Shown here piece by piece: positions 38,011 through 47,702 of a stretch of DNA of 63,347 nt. Origin of the DNA: a virus (Duplodnaviria; Caudoviricetes). Within the stretch, counting starts at the first letter, position 1. Every line of letters begins with the position of its first letter. A program made the position numbers and the translations under genes. Location: positions 1-63,347 of the IMG/VR virus record IMGVR_UViG_3300020161_002487. The stretch is one strand, 5' to 3'. The notes beneath the pieces are model-generated. The model worked only from the letters and a program-made list of their open reading frames with translations, was not told the origin of the DNA and did not search any database.

Positions 38011-38759
38011 GGCCAGTTAAAGCAAAAGATCTTTTAGAACTTGATAAAAATCTTCAAGTTGTGATGCTTCAATGTTATCCAATTCCTGAGCAAGTCATTT
38101 ATCAAGCAGGTAAAAATGATTACTCTGAGATTCCCATTCACGAACAAAACATTCCAACTGCTACAAAATGTGGTGAATGGATTGTGGAGCAACTTCTGAG
38201 CAACGACAAAGGCCACTGGGGGCCTCTAGAACACCCAGGAATTACCTTTTCTGTGTCTGGGTACGTTCACAGCGTAATGGTGCAAGCAAGGACGCATAGA
38301 GTGGGCATTAGCTTTGATGTTCAATCGCAAAGATACACTGGAAAACGAGTAGTAAAAGTTGCAAATGAACAATTAAAGCCAGAAGATGTTTTCTATGTTC
38401 GTCCTCCAGGTTTCTATGTAAATCGTACTGGTAAAAAGTATGATTGGACACAAGAAGATTATGAGGATGAACTGAAGTTTATTGTTGAAGGTTGTAAGCG
38501 GTATGCTGTGAAATATGAAAAGGGTATGTGCGAAGAGCATATTCGTGATTATCTGGTGCAAGCGATTCGTCAAAATTTTGTGGTCTCTTTTAATCTTCGT
38601 TCAGTGCTACATCTTATGGATCTCAGAGCAAAACTAGATGCTCAATTGGAAATACAAGCATTTTGCGAACAAATGTCCCCTCTTGTTGAAAGGTGGGCTC
38701 CTAATGTTTGGAAATATTATGAAGAAAAAAGATTGCATAAAGCACGTCTCTCACCTTGA
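38007..38759 (+). CDS. thyX: Flavin-dependent thymidylate synthase
   Basis: HWGPLEH, QARTHRVGISFDVQSQRY, NLRS, AQLEI. Confidence 0.92.
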   Translation: MRPVKAKDLLELDKNLQVVMLQCYPIPEQVIYQAGKNDYSEIPIHEQNIPTATKCGEWIVEQLLSNDKGHWGPLEHPGITFSVSGYVHSVMVQARTHRVGISFDVQSQRYTGKRVVKVANEQLKPEDVFYVRPPGFYVNRTGKKYDWTQEDYEDELKFIVEGCKRYAVKYEKGMCEEHIRDYLVQAIRQNFVVSFNLRSVLHLMDLRAKLDAQLEIQAFCEQMSPLVERWAPNVWKYYEEKRLHKARLSP

Positions 38760-38789
38760 TCTAAATAATCACACATATCATTAATCTTT

Positions 38790-39029
38790 ATGGCAATATA
38801 TCCAATTTATAATCCAGAAACTGGAGAAAAAAAAGTAATTGAAATGAGTGTTCATGAAATCATGGAATGGTATAAAAATAACAATCCATGGATTCGTGAT
38901 TGGTCTCAAGGTTGCGCTACTCCCGCAGAAACGGGAGAATGGCGTGACAAGCTAGATGCCAAACATCCAGGGTGGAAAGAAATTGTAAACAAAGCATCAA
39001 AATCGGGCGGAAGCAAATCTAAACTTTAA
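38790..39029 (+). CDS. Conserved small protein (FmdB-like position)
   Basis: MAIYP...ETGE; located between thyX and phoH. Confidence 0.65.
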   Translation: MAIYPIYNPETGEKKVIEMSVHEIMEWYKNNNPWIRDWSQGCATPAETGEWRDKLDAKHPGWKEIVNKASKSGGSKSKL

Positions 39030-39040
39030 AAAAAATTTCT

Positions 39041-39808
39041 ATGACAAGAAAAAGAAGGGAATCGAGCAACAATCAACAATTCTTTGCTGGAACTAGCTCC
39101 AGACAAATGAAAAGAAAGAGACCAATTAATTCTGGTCTTTTAAAAGAAATTGAGCCACTTACCGACAATCAAGAATTATTGTGCAAACACTATGATTTGC
39201 AACAGAATATAGTTGCTTATGGTATGGCTGGTACGGGAAAAACTTTCATGGTATTGTACAAGGCCCTTAAGGAAGTTATGGATGAGAGAACACCCTACCA
39301 AAAAATATATATTGTTCGTTCTTTGGTTCCAACTAGAGAAATAGGTTTCCTTCCTGGTGATCATGAAGATAAGGCATCATTATATCAAATACCATATAAG
39401 AACATGATGCGATACATGTTTAATATGCAAAGTGAAGAAGAATACGAAATGCTTTATGGTAAACTAAAAGAGCAAGGAACTATTAGTTTTTGGAGTACTT
39501 CTTTTATTCGTGGCGTCACTATTGATGATGCAATTATTATCGTAGATGAATTTGCCAATTTAAATTTTCATGAACTCGATTCTATTGTTACCCGTGTAGG
39601 AGAAAACTCTAAAATTATGTTCTGTGGTGATGCTTCTCAATCGGATTTAATCAAAAGTAATGAAAGAAATGGTATTATAGAATTCATGAAAATATTAAGA
39701 AAAATGAAATCTTTTAATATTATTGAATTTGGTGTAGATGATGTTGTTCGCTCTGGATTTGTTCGTGAGTATCTATTAACCAAATATCAGGTAGAAAATG
39801 CTTCTTAA
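39041..39808 (+). CDS. phoH: PhoH-family ATPase
   Basis: GMAGTGKT, IGFLPG, FIRG, IVDE, CGDASQSD. Confidence 0.95.
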   Translation: MTRKRRESSNNQQFFAGTSSRQMKRKRPINSGLLKEIEPLTDNQELLCKHYDLQQNIVAYGMAGTGKTFMVLYKALKEVMDERTPYQKIYIVRSLVPTREIGFLPGDHEDKASLYQIPYKNMMRYMFNMQSEEEYEMLYGKLKEQGTISFWSTSFIRGVTIDDAIIIVDEFANLNFHELDSIVTRVGENSKIMFCGDASQSDLIKSNERNGIIEFMKILRKMKSFNIIEFGVDDVVRSGFVREYLLTKYQVENAS

Positions 39809-39878
39809 TTATAATTTTTGAATGGGGGGTTGACAAGGGATCCGATCTATGCTATGATTACTGGAGTGAGGTGCTGAT

Positions 39879-40640
39879 ATGACAAACCCCCTAATTGAAA
39901 AATGGAATGAAAAAATTGAGCAAAAGAATAAAAAGAAATTTACTCATATTGATGTAGAATTACCAAACCTAAAACGTGAAACTATTGATGGAATTAGATA
40001 TTATGTAATTCCATCAAAAGATGAGGAGGGCGAAAAAGAACTTAGAAAATTTGTCTCTGTTACTTCAGTCACTTCTCATTTTAATAAAGAAAAATTTATA
40101 GAATGGAGAGAACGAGTTGGCGACGAAAAAGCAAATTTAGTCACCAAATTTGCTACTGCCAGAGGAACAGCAATGCATACTCTGGCAGAGCATTATCTAA
40201 GCAACACAAATCGTCCTATCGTCGCTCCACTACCTCAATTATTATTTGATGTAGCTAGACCAGCACTTGATAAAATTGATAATATACATGCATTAGAAAA
40301 ATCCATGTATAGTGAATATTTCAGCATTGCCGGTACTGTCGATTGTATTGCAGAATATGGTGGTGAACTATCTGTAATCGACTTTAAGAGTTCAGAAAAA
40401 CCAAAGCCAAGAAAATGGATTGAGAATTATTTTGTTCAAGCTGCAGCATACGCATTCATGTATGCAGAGCTTACCGGAAAAAGAATTAATCAAATTGTGA
40501 TTATTATGGCATGTGAAAATGGAGAACTTGAGGTTTACATCGAAAAAGATCTTAAAAAATACATCTCACTATTAGTCCAGTATGTTGAAAAATTTACCTT
40601 AGATAAACTTAAAGAATATGAACAACTCAAACGAGCTTGA
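39879..40640 (+). CDS. PD-(D/E)XK exonuclease (Cas4-like phage exonuclease)
   Basis: SVTSV, RGTAMH, AGTVDC, IDFKSS, QAAAY. Confidence 0.88.
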   Translation: MTNPLIEKWNEKIEQKNKKKFTHIDVELPNLKRETIDGIRYYVIPSKDEEGEKELRKFVSVTSVTSHFNKEKFIEWRERVGDEKANLVTKFATARGTAMHTLAEHYLSNTNRPIVAPLPQLLFDVARPALDKIDNIHALEKSMYSEYFSIAGTVDCIAEYGGELSVIDFKSSEKPKPRKWIENYFVQAAAYAFMYAELTGKRINQIVIIMACENGELEVYIEKDLKKYISLLVQYVEKFTLDKLKEYEQLKRA

Positions 40641-40881
40641 AATAGAATTAAAGAAAAAGTTTCTTTGTCCAGATAAATTTGCACAACAAATTGAAGCAAA
40701 AGTAAAAGAAAACCCAGGTCAAAATTATATCACAGCAATTGTAGAATATTGTGATGAAAATAATATTGACATTGAATCAGTATCAAAATTGATTACTAAA
40801 CCACTCAAAGAAAAATTAAAATTTGATGCTACAGAATTAAACTTTCTTAAGAAGACATCTACTGCAAAGCTAATGCTGTGA
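40618..40881 (+). CDS. gp33: Late transcription coactivator gp33
   Basis: YITAIVEYCDEN...LKEKLKFDATELNFL; synteny. Confidence 0.88.
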   Translation: MNNSNELEIELKKKFLCPDKFAQQIEAKVKENPGQNYITAIVEYCDENNIDIESVSKLITKPLKEKLKFDATELNFLKKTSTAKLML

Positions 40882-41468
40882 ATGGATTTGAAGCATACAA
40901 AACCTATCTTGGATTGAAACTTCATTTTTCTCAACCAAGTTATGACTTTTCAAAATATAATGGTAAAGTAAAAGCATCAGTATCTTCTTTCAATAAACGT
41001 AAAGATAGATTATTCTTTGAACGATTGTCCACTCAGAAAAAAGATAACGAGATTATTGATTTTTTTGTTTCTAATTTTACTTCTCTCGATGACCCATCTA
41101 AATTATGGATAGGTGATATTATACGAGATGGAAATACCAATTACGCCGAATGGCAAAAAAGAATTCAATCTTTGTCTTATATCTTTGAGCAAGAATTGAG
41201 GGCTGTATTTGAGGGTAAAAATTTTCTTGACTTTATAGAAGTAAAAGGAAATAAACACCCACAGATATTCAAAGAATACCTAATAAAAAATTTATCTTTA
41301 GAGACATTAGTAATACTAGATAAAATACTTCACATTACTGATAAATTTGATCCTGTATTGTTAGATCCAGTTTGGGAATTGAATTCAAATAAGATAAAGA
41401 AATATTCTCTACTGCTAAAAGTAGAACCACAAAAATACAAAAACATTATACGAAAAATATTATTATGA
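40878..41468 (+). CDS. gp59: Helicase loader gp59
   Basis: YLGLKLHF...YDF.KY.GK...RKDRLFF. Confidence 0.9.
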   Translation: MNGFEAYKTYLGLKLHFSQPSYDFSKYNGKVKASVSSFNKRKDRLFFERLSTQKKDNEIIDFFVSNFTSLDDPSKLWIGDIIRDGNTNYAEWQKRIQSLSYIFEQELRAVFEGKNFLDFIEVKGNKHPQIFKEYLIKNLSLETLVILDKILHITDKFDPVLLDPVWELNSNKIKKYSLLLKVEPQKYKNIIRKILL

Positions 41469-41773
41469 GCTACTTTGAATCTGATATTGTAAAAAAAGAA
41501 TTTGAGGACCTGTTTAAATTAGAAGATGAACTTATTTCTAAAATGATGAGTTCTAAATTAGATACAAAAGAAGAAATTGCAGAACTCAGAGAGTTAATTA
41601 CCAAGCAAAAAATTGTTTATACCAGGCTAAGTCTTTCTGATGATCCAGAAGCAAAAAAATATAAGAAAAATTTTGACATTGGTGTTTCTTGTATTTTTCC
41701 CGAAAATGATTCCGTAATGAATATTTACAATTCAATGGAAGATTATCTAGAAGAACTGGAACAATCACTTTAA
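41465..41773 (+). CDS. Conserved cyanophage hypothetical protein
   Basis: YTRLSLSDDPEA motif; lies between gp59 and gp32. Confidence 0.75.
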   Translation: MSYFESDIVKKEFEDLFKLEDELISKMMSSKLDTKEEIAELRELITKQKIVYTRLSLSDDPEAKKYKKNFDIGVSCIFPENDSVMNIYNSMEDYLEELEQSL

Positions 41774-41833
41774 TCCTAGGCTTTGGAACCTTTAAGCCGC
41801 CAATTAAAATCAACCGTATCTACCGTAAAACAA

Positions 41834-42760
41834 ATGAACTTTAGCGATCTTAAAAAGCAGTCTTCACTTGGCGCACTTACAGAAAAGCTTCTTAAAGAAG
41901 CAGAGAAACTGGGCGGTGCTCCAAATGTAGAAAATCAAAACGTATTTAAACTAGAAACCGATAAAGCTGGCAATGGTCGTGCTGTAATTCGTTTTCTCTC
42001 TTCTCCTCCTGGCGAAGATATTCCATTCGTGAAACTATACAATCATGGGTTTCAGCACAATGGCAAATGGTTCATTGAAAATTGCCCTACCACTTTAGGT
42101 AAGGACTGTGAGCTTTGCTCACGAAACAGTGAACTATGGAACTCAGGATTTGATTCTGATAAAGATATTGCTCGTACTCGCAAGCGTAAACTGAGCTATT
42201 ACTCAAACATTTATGTTGTTAGTAATCCCTCAAACCCAGAACTTGAAGGTAAAGTAATGCTCTTCCGTTATGGCGCAAAGATTTTTGATAAAATCAAAGC
42301 AGCGATGAAGCCAGAATTTGAAGATGATACTCCAATTGAAGTCTTTGATTTTTGGAAAGGAGCAAACTTCCGCCTTCGTGTCAAGCAAGTTGCTGGATAT
42401 CCTAATTATGATGATAGTAACTTTGAGGCAATCTCCCCACTTCTCGGTGGTGACGATAGTAAGCTGGAAGAAATCTGGAAATCTGAACTTTCCCTACAGG
42501 AACTAGTTTCGCCAGATAAGTTCAAGCCAGAAGAAGAGTTTAAAAAGCGTCTTGATTATGTCCTTGGTACCAGAAGTGCTTCAGGCGGTTCCGCAGTTGC
42601 TGAACAAGAAGAAGAACTCACTAATATGTTTGCCAAGAACAACACTGGAGAAGAAGATATTATGAAAGAACTTGTAGATACTTACTCTCGTAGTAAGGAA
42701 TCTAGTTCCGAAGATAATGATGATGCCTATTCTTATTTCGAAGAACTGGCAAATGCATGA
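41834..42760 (+). CDS. gp32: Single-stranded DNA-binding protein gp32
   Basis: GNGRAVIRFL, ENCPTT, KGANF, NYDDS, acidic tail. Confidence 0.95.
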   Translation: MNFSDLKKQSSLGALTEKLLKEAEKLGGAPNVENQNVFKLETDKAGNGRAVIRFLSSPPGEDIPFVKLYNHGFQHNGKWFIENCPTTLGKDCELCSRNSELWNSGFDSDKDIARTRKRKLSYYSNIYVVSNPSNPELEGKVMLFRYGAKIFDKIKAAMKPEFEDDTPIEVFDFWKGANFRLRVKQVAGYPNYDDSNFEAISPLLGGDDSKLEEIWKSELSLQELVSPDKFKPEEEFKKRLDYVLGTRSASGGSAVAEQEEELTNMFAKNNTGEEDIMKELVDTYSRSKESSSEDNDDAYSYFEELANA

Positions 42761-42761
42761 T

Positions 42762-42789
42762 AAAGGGGGAGCCGAAAGGCTCCTTTTTT
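42762..42789. terminator. Bidirectional terminator between convergent gp32 and gp53
   Basis: GGAGCC-GAAA-GGCTCC flanked by A and T runs. Confidence 0.85.
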
Positions 42790-43510
42790 ATTGGTAAAGT
42801 CGTATATTGTCTGCTCTCTTTAGATTTTTATTGACGTATTGATCCCCACCGGGTTTATAATAACTATATTTTTCTGCATCATTTAATATCACACCAAGAT
42901 ATTCTGATTTTAGAAGATAAATGTTTCTTTTCTTTTCTTCCAATTCGAATTCATAATCATAGTTGGTAACTTCTTCTATGAAATCTACAGATGGAACCCG
43001 AATTAATTGTCTTAGCATGTTATCATAATATTCATAATATAACTGGCCATCTATATTGATATAGCCAACATTTGAACTAATTTGAGCTTCCCAGGTATCA
43101 CTGATAATTTGATTTCCTGGTAATACCAAATAGTTTCTTGAATCTCTTATTTCAATTGTTTTTCTATGATGAATTCCATATAAGTTTTCGTAACTTCCAT
43201 ATTTTTTAAGTAGGTAATTATTGAATGCAGTTTCTGGGTATGGCCATTCGCTGTAGATATCGATAATGTTATTTGATAGCAAAACTACCCAATCTAATTC
43301 TGCATCATCGTAGAATTTATATGCAATATTATCTGGCCTTTCATCGCCAATAACATTATACTTAGTAAAGAAAGTTAAATTTTGAAAGATGTCACTTCTT
43401 AATATTGATTTTCTAAATAAATTTTTTGCGGTGACATAATCAGATATTTTTGCGTCTTTGGTAAGACTTACATATTCAAAGTTTGGAATGGTGCTAAAAT
43501 AAGATGTCAT
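42788..43510 (-). CDS. gp53: Baseplate wedge subunit gp53
   Basis: YFSTIPNF, ERPDNIAYKFY, WVVLLSNNI, WP. Confidence 0.88.
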   Translation of the reverse strand: MTSYFSTIPNFEYVSLTKDAKISDYVTAKNLFRKSILRSDIFQNLTFFTKYNVIGDERPDNIAYKFYDDAELDWVVLLSNNIIDIYSEWPYPETAFNNYLLKKYGSYENLYGIHHRKTIEIRDSRNYLVLPGNQIISDTWEAQISSNVGYINIDGQLYYEYYDNMLRQLIRVPSVDFIEEVTNYDYEFELEEKKRNIYLLKSEYLGVILNDAEKYSYYKPGGDQYVNKNLKRADNIRLYQ

Positions 43511-43511
43511 A

Positions 43512-44909
43512 TCAGTAACCTATTGTTATTTTTTCGTTAGCTGAGTTTGTATTTAATTCTGTATCTGCAAATTCACCCAAGTAATCCTCATCATAAATCG
43601 GCAGTAACTCTTGGAACTGTAACATCAATTCATATGATGTCATGGTACCATCCTTAAATGGCATGTAGTTATTTGCTGGAGTATAATTTACGCTGCAACT
43701 CATCAGGGCTGATTTTTTTATTTTGTTTAGACCTTTAATGTTTGTTTCTTCATTATTTAACACATAATCAATACTGAATACGTTTGGTGTTTTTAAAAAA
43801 TAATTATTTGCTGCAAGTCTAGGCGCCATATTTTGTTTGAATGCACGTATAATCTTTCTTACCATATTCCCTTCAGCTTGGGATCTAGGAGTCAATTTAA
43901 TTGTATAAGTGAATTGTCTCAACTTTGGACCTTTGAATAATAGTTCCAAGTTTGGATTCAACATTGCTCCAGTCACACGAGTAACCACATTACTTCCACT
44001 TTTGGCTAATGTATCAGAGATTAGGGCTCTTGTTGCCTTTATTATATCATCTCTATTTGCCGCACCTTCAAGACTAATCTGATCTGCTATATTTTCTATT
44101 GTTGCTGCACCTCCTCCGGTAATTGCCAATGATATGTTAGCCGCTGTCATTTGCAATAATCCCATAGTATCTTCTCCCCAATCTACGGCATTTGTATCAT
44201 TTATGCTCGGTTGGATAGGTAAATAAATTGTTCCTATTGATTTTGCATATTCTTTATTAGTAAATTGTGCTATTCTTCCTTGAATTTTTCCATCTTTGTC
44301 TGGATAACCACCAAATTTGCTTGGAACTGATTCAAATATTCCAAATTTTATATAATCTAAATTTGTACCTCCACTGTTTAGTGGATATCGCATCATTCCA
44401 AAATTTTGTGATTCTTTGGATGCTTTTATTTCTAAATTACTTAATTCTTGTACTGAAAATACTCGACCTCCTGTATTTTGTGCTGGTGTACTTGTAGCTA
44501 CACCTTGATAATATGGTGAATTTAAAATTTTATTTTGCTCGTTTGCATCAAGGGTGTTATTTTGTAGGACTAAATTTTTTGTTTCTTGCTTATCTTTTTC
44601 TGATGCTCTTTTGATTGCTTCCACTAGTTCCGGATTACTAAGAAAAGTTTTAACTGTAGCATTATCTTCTGGATTGAATGTCAATCCTGCAACTGGATTT
44701 CCAACTGCATATACATAAGTTACTCCAAGATCATAAGATTCATATTGAAAAGTTCCTTTATTAATGTCTCTAACTACAGTTAACTCTCTTTCTATGTTTG
44801 TTCCCCGGGAATTAATATATTTAACTTTAATAGTACCAAAAAAAACTCCACTATCAAATGTTTTTTCATTAAATCCAGGTGGAACAGGAGGTCTAGTTCT
44901 TTCTGCCAT
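43512..44909 (-). CDS. gp48: Baseplate tail-tube cap gp48
   Basis: NPNLELLFKGPKLRQF, VNYTP, LQFQEL. Confidence 0.85.
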   Translation of the reverse strand: MAERTRPPVPPGFNEKTFDSGVFFGTIKVKYINSRGTNIERELTVVRDINKGTFQYESYDLGVTYVYAVGNPVAGLTFNPEDNATVKTFLSNPELVEAIKRASEKDKQETKNLVLQNNTLDANEQNKILNSPYYQGVATSTPAQNTGGRVFSVQELSNLEIKASKESQNFGMMRYPLNSGGTNLDYIKFGIFESVPSKFGGYPDKDGKIQGRIAQFTNKEYAKSIGTIYLPIQPSINDTNAVDWGEDTMGLLQMTAANISLAITGGGAATIENIADQISLEGAANRDDIIKATRALISDTLAKSGSNVVTRVTGAMLNPNLELLFKGPKLRQFTYTIKLTPRSQAEGNMVRKIIRAFKQNMAPRLAANNYFLKTPNVFSIDYVLNNEETNIKGLNKIKKSALMSCSVNYTPANNYMPFKDGTMTSYELMLQFQELLPIYDEDYLGEFADTELNTNSANEKITIGY

Positions 44910-44933
44910 TTTTATTTTTTATATTATATCTAT

Positions 44934-45548
44934 TTATCGTTTTCCTATAAAAATAGGACGAAATGATGGCACTTGAAGTATATATTCTAACTCATGCATT
45001 TCTATGTTATAAAATCTACTTCTTACTCCAGTAAATACATAACTTCGAATTGGATTTTCGATATACTCCGGATTTCTTTCCCAATGATAATTCAATCCTC
45101 TCCATCCATTATCAAACTTTGATGTGACTATAGTGACTGGATGCATATCGTACCATTTTCCCTCTGTAGTTGCAACATACTTAAAAGTATAAAGTTTGCC
45201 TATTCTCATGGTTGATTCTTCTCTACCCATTTTGTAGAGAATTCTAGTCAAAATATTAAAATAATATTCTGGTGTTTTATTTGGTGGAATGTTATCTAAT
45301 AAAGTTTTGAACGTGTAGAACTCTTCTTTTTCTTTCTGTAAATTTAATTTTTTTTTCTTTATGTCTTCGACTAGATAAATTTTTTGTTGTGGGTATTGCG
45401 CTATTTTTTTCTCTTCAAATTCTATTTGCTTTTCTTGTACTTTAAATGAATCTTCTTGTGCCTTTCCTGCATTAGAAAATATTGCTTTTAACTCTAAAAA
45501 TATTCCCCAGATTCTACGAGCAACATTACTTAATGGTTTTATATTCAT
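44934..45548 (-). CDS. DNA end protector gp2-like
   Basis: GKLYTFKY, YDMHP, GLNYHW; synteny with gp4. Confidence 0.6.
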   Translation of the reverse strand: MNIKPLSNVARRIWGIFLELKAIFSNAGKAQEDSFKVQEKQIEFEEKKIAQYPQQKIYLVEDIKKKKLNLQKEKEEFYTFKTLLDNIPPNKTPEYYFNILTRILYKMGREESTMRIGKLYTFKYVATTEGKWYDMHPVTIVTSKFDNGWRGLNYHWERNPEYIENPIRSYVFTGVRSRFYNIEMHELEYILQVPSFRPIFIGKR

Positions 45549-46003
45549 TTCAATCCTAGTTCATCTTCGGTTACAATCATAAACTCTATTCCTTTTCCAT
45601 CGCAGAACTGTTTTGCAGCGGTCCACTTACATTGATTTTTCTGATAAGTTGCCATTTCTGTCAGCCATGTTTTTGTTTTCTTTTTGGGAGTTTGTGTTGG
45701 CATCAAAGTCTGTCGTTTTGGTTTTATCTCGATCATATATTTCTTCGTGACTCCATTTTTATCCAATACTTCGATGATAAAGTCTGGATAATATCTTCTG
45801 TTCTTTCCTGTGCTTGCATCAAAATAAGGAATAGCAATCTCTTCTGATGCATATTTTAATATATTTGGATCATTATCGCACCATTTTAGAAATCTTCTTT
45901 CCCAGTCGGATCGAAATACAATATTGTTTGGATTTCCAACATACTTTTCGGGATGCATGGGACGATAGATCCCTTGATTATATTTTGTTTCTCGTTTTTG
46001 CAC
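45545..46003 (-). CDS. gp4: Head completion nuclease gp4
   Basis: PEKYVG, FRSDWE, RYYPDF, EIKP. Confidence 0.92.
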   Translation of the reverse strand: MQKRETKYNQGIYRPMHPEKYVGNPNNIVFRSDWERRFLKWCDNDPNILKYASEEIAIPYFDASTGKNRRYYPDFIIEVLDKNGVTKKYMIEIKPKRQTLMPTQTPKKKTKTWLTEMATYQKNQCKWTAAKQFCDGKGIEFMIVTEDELGLK

Positions 46004-46033
46004 GCTAAATAATAGATAACATACAGTTTATTT

Positions 46034-46738
46034 ATGGCTCAACACACATCAAAACCAAGATCAATGTCTGATGTTGTGAGGACTCTATTGACTCCAGCCA
46101 TGACATCTCATTATGAGTGTGTGGTTATACCAAATGATAATACAGTAAAGTGGATCAAAGGTAACAGACAAGTTAATTATGATGAAGAATTGACTACTTT
46201 ATCTTGTTCATCTGCCAGTTTACCGGGATCTACATTGTTTACTCATGAAGTTTCAAATGATTTTACTGGCGTCACAGAAAAAATGGCATACAGAAGATCA
46301 TTTGATGATCGATTGGATCTCACTTTTTATGTTGATTCCAATTATAATATGATTAAATTTTTTGAATATTGGATGCAATATATTGTAGATGAACAAAAAC
46401 CAGGAAGCGATACTCCATATTATTCATATAAAGTAAATTACCCAGAGGCATATAGGGGAACATTAATTGTAGATAAATTTGATCGTGATTATAGTATGGA
46501 AAAATCAATGAGATATACTTTCATTGATGCTTATCCAATTAATATTTCGTCAATGCCTATTAGCTATGAACGTTCTAATGTCTTGACTTGTACTGTCGGA
46601 TTTACATATTCTCGTTATATCATTGGTAATCAGGCGACAGTAGAAAAACTAAACCCAAATATTCAAACCGATTTTAACATTAAGCCACCGGAAATTTCAC
46701 AAAAAGTATTTAATTTCTTTTCTACTCCCCAAAGATAA
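46034..46738 (+). CDS. Tail tube-like baseplate protein (gp54/gp19 fold)
   Basis: CSSASLPG, LTFYVD, AYPINISS, VGFTY. Confidence 0.7.
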   Translation: MAQHTSKPRSMSDVVRTLLTPAMTSHYECVVIPNDNTVKWIKGNRQVNYDEELTTLSCSSASLPGSTLFTHEVSNDFTGVTEKMAYRRSFDDRLDLTFYVDSNYNMIKFFEYWMQYIVDEQKPGSDTPYYSYKVNYPEAYRGTLIVDKFDRDYSMEKSMRYTFIDAYPINISSMPISYERSNVLTCTVGFTYSRYIIGNQATVEKLNPNIQTDFNIKPPEISQKVFNFFSTPQR

Positions 46739-46797
46739 ATTTTATTATGGTTAACAAAAGACTACTAAATAATCAATAATCATATTATTAATTGAAT

Positions 46798-47517
46798 ATG
46801 CCATTACCTAAAATCATTGCACCAACATTTGAGTTGGAGTTACCATCAACAAAAGAAACAATAAAATACAGACCATTTCTCGTAAAAGAAGAAAAGCTAC
46901 TTCTACTTGCATTGGAAAGTGAAGATCCTAAGCAAATAACAAATGCAATTAAAACTGTAATTAAAAATTGCTTAGAAACAAAAGATATTAAGATTGAGAA
47001 TTTGCCAACTTTTGATATTGAATTCTTGTTCCTTAATATCAGAGCAAAATCAGTTGGAGAAGAAGTAGAAGTATCTATTATCTGTCCCGATGACAATGAA
47101 ACGACGGTTCCAGTAAAAATTGATATCGAGTCGATTCGAGTTATTGAAAATCCAGAACATAATAATAAAATCAAAATTGATGATAATATTATGATGGAAA
47201 TGAAATATCCATCTTTGGATCAATTCATTAAAAATAATTTTGACTTTTCAAATCAAAATGTAACTGAACAATCATTTGAAATGATCGCAAATTGTATAAG
47301 TAAAATTTATACTGAAGAAGAAGTTTGGTCAGATTCAGACGTAACGAAGAAAGAATTGACTGATTTCCTTGATCAAATGAATTCATCTCAATTTAAACAA
47401 ATTGAAAAATTCTTTGAGACTATGCCAAAATTATCACATACAATAACTGTAAATAATCCCAAAACAAAAGTTGAATCTGAAGTTACGCTCGAAGGGTTAT
47501 CAAGTTTTTTCTCATGA
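46798..47517 (+). CDS. gp26: Baseplate hub subunit gp26
   Basis: MPLPKI, YRPFLVKEEKLLL, RAKSVGE. Confidence 0.92.
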   Translation: MPLPKIIAPTFELELPSTKETIKYRPFLVKEEKLLLLALESEDPKQITNAIKTVIKNCLETKDIKIENLPTFDIEFLFLNIRAKSVGEEVEVSIICPDDNETTVPVKIDIESIRVIENPEHNNKIKIDDNIMMEMKYPSLDQFIKNNFDFSNQNVTEQSFEMIANCISKIYTEEEVWSDSDVTKKELTDFLDQMNSSQFKQIEKFFETMPKLSHTITVNNPKTKVESEVTLEGLSSFFS

Positions 47518-47702
47518 GCATGAATTATATGGATCTGGAGAATTATTATAAATTAAATTTCTCTCTGATGCAGTTCCATAAATATTCATTAAGTGATATC
47601 GAAAATCTTATTCCTTGGGAAAGAGAGATTTATATTACAATGTTAAATCAACATTTAGAAGAAGAAGAAGCCAAAGCCAAACAAGCAAAACCAAGGATAT
47701 AA
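47514..47702 (+). CDS. gp51: Baseplate hub assembly protein gp51
   Basis: YYKLNFSLMQFHKYSL...IPWEREIY. Confidence 0.88.
   Translation: MSMNYMDLENYYKLNFSLMQFHKYSLSDIENLIPWEREIYITMLNQHLEEEEAKAKQAKPRI

Noticed and set aside
41775-41833. Gene 32 autoregulatory pseudoknot
   Set aside because: A GGCTT/AAGCC stem is present but the second stem is only 3-4 bp; insufficient support.
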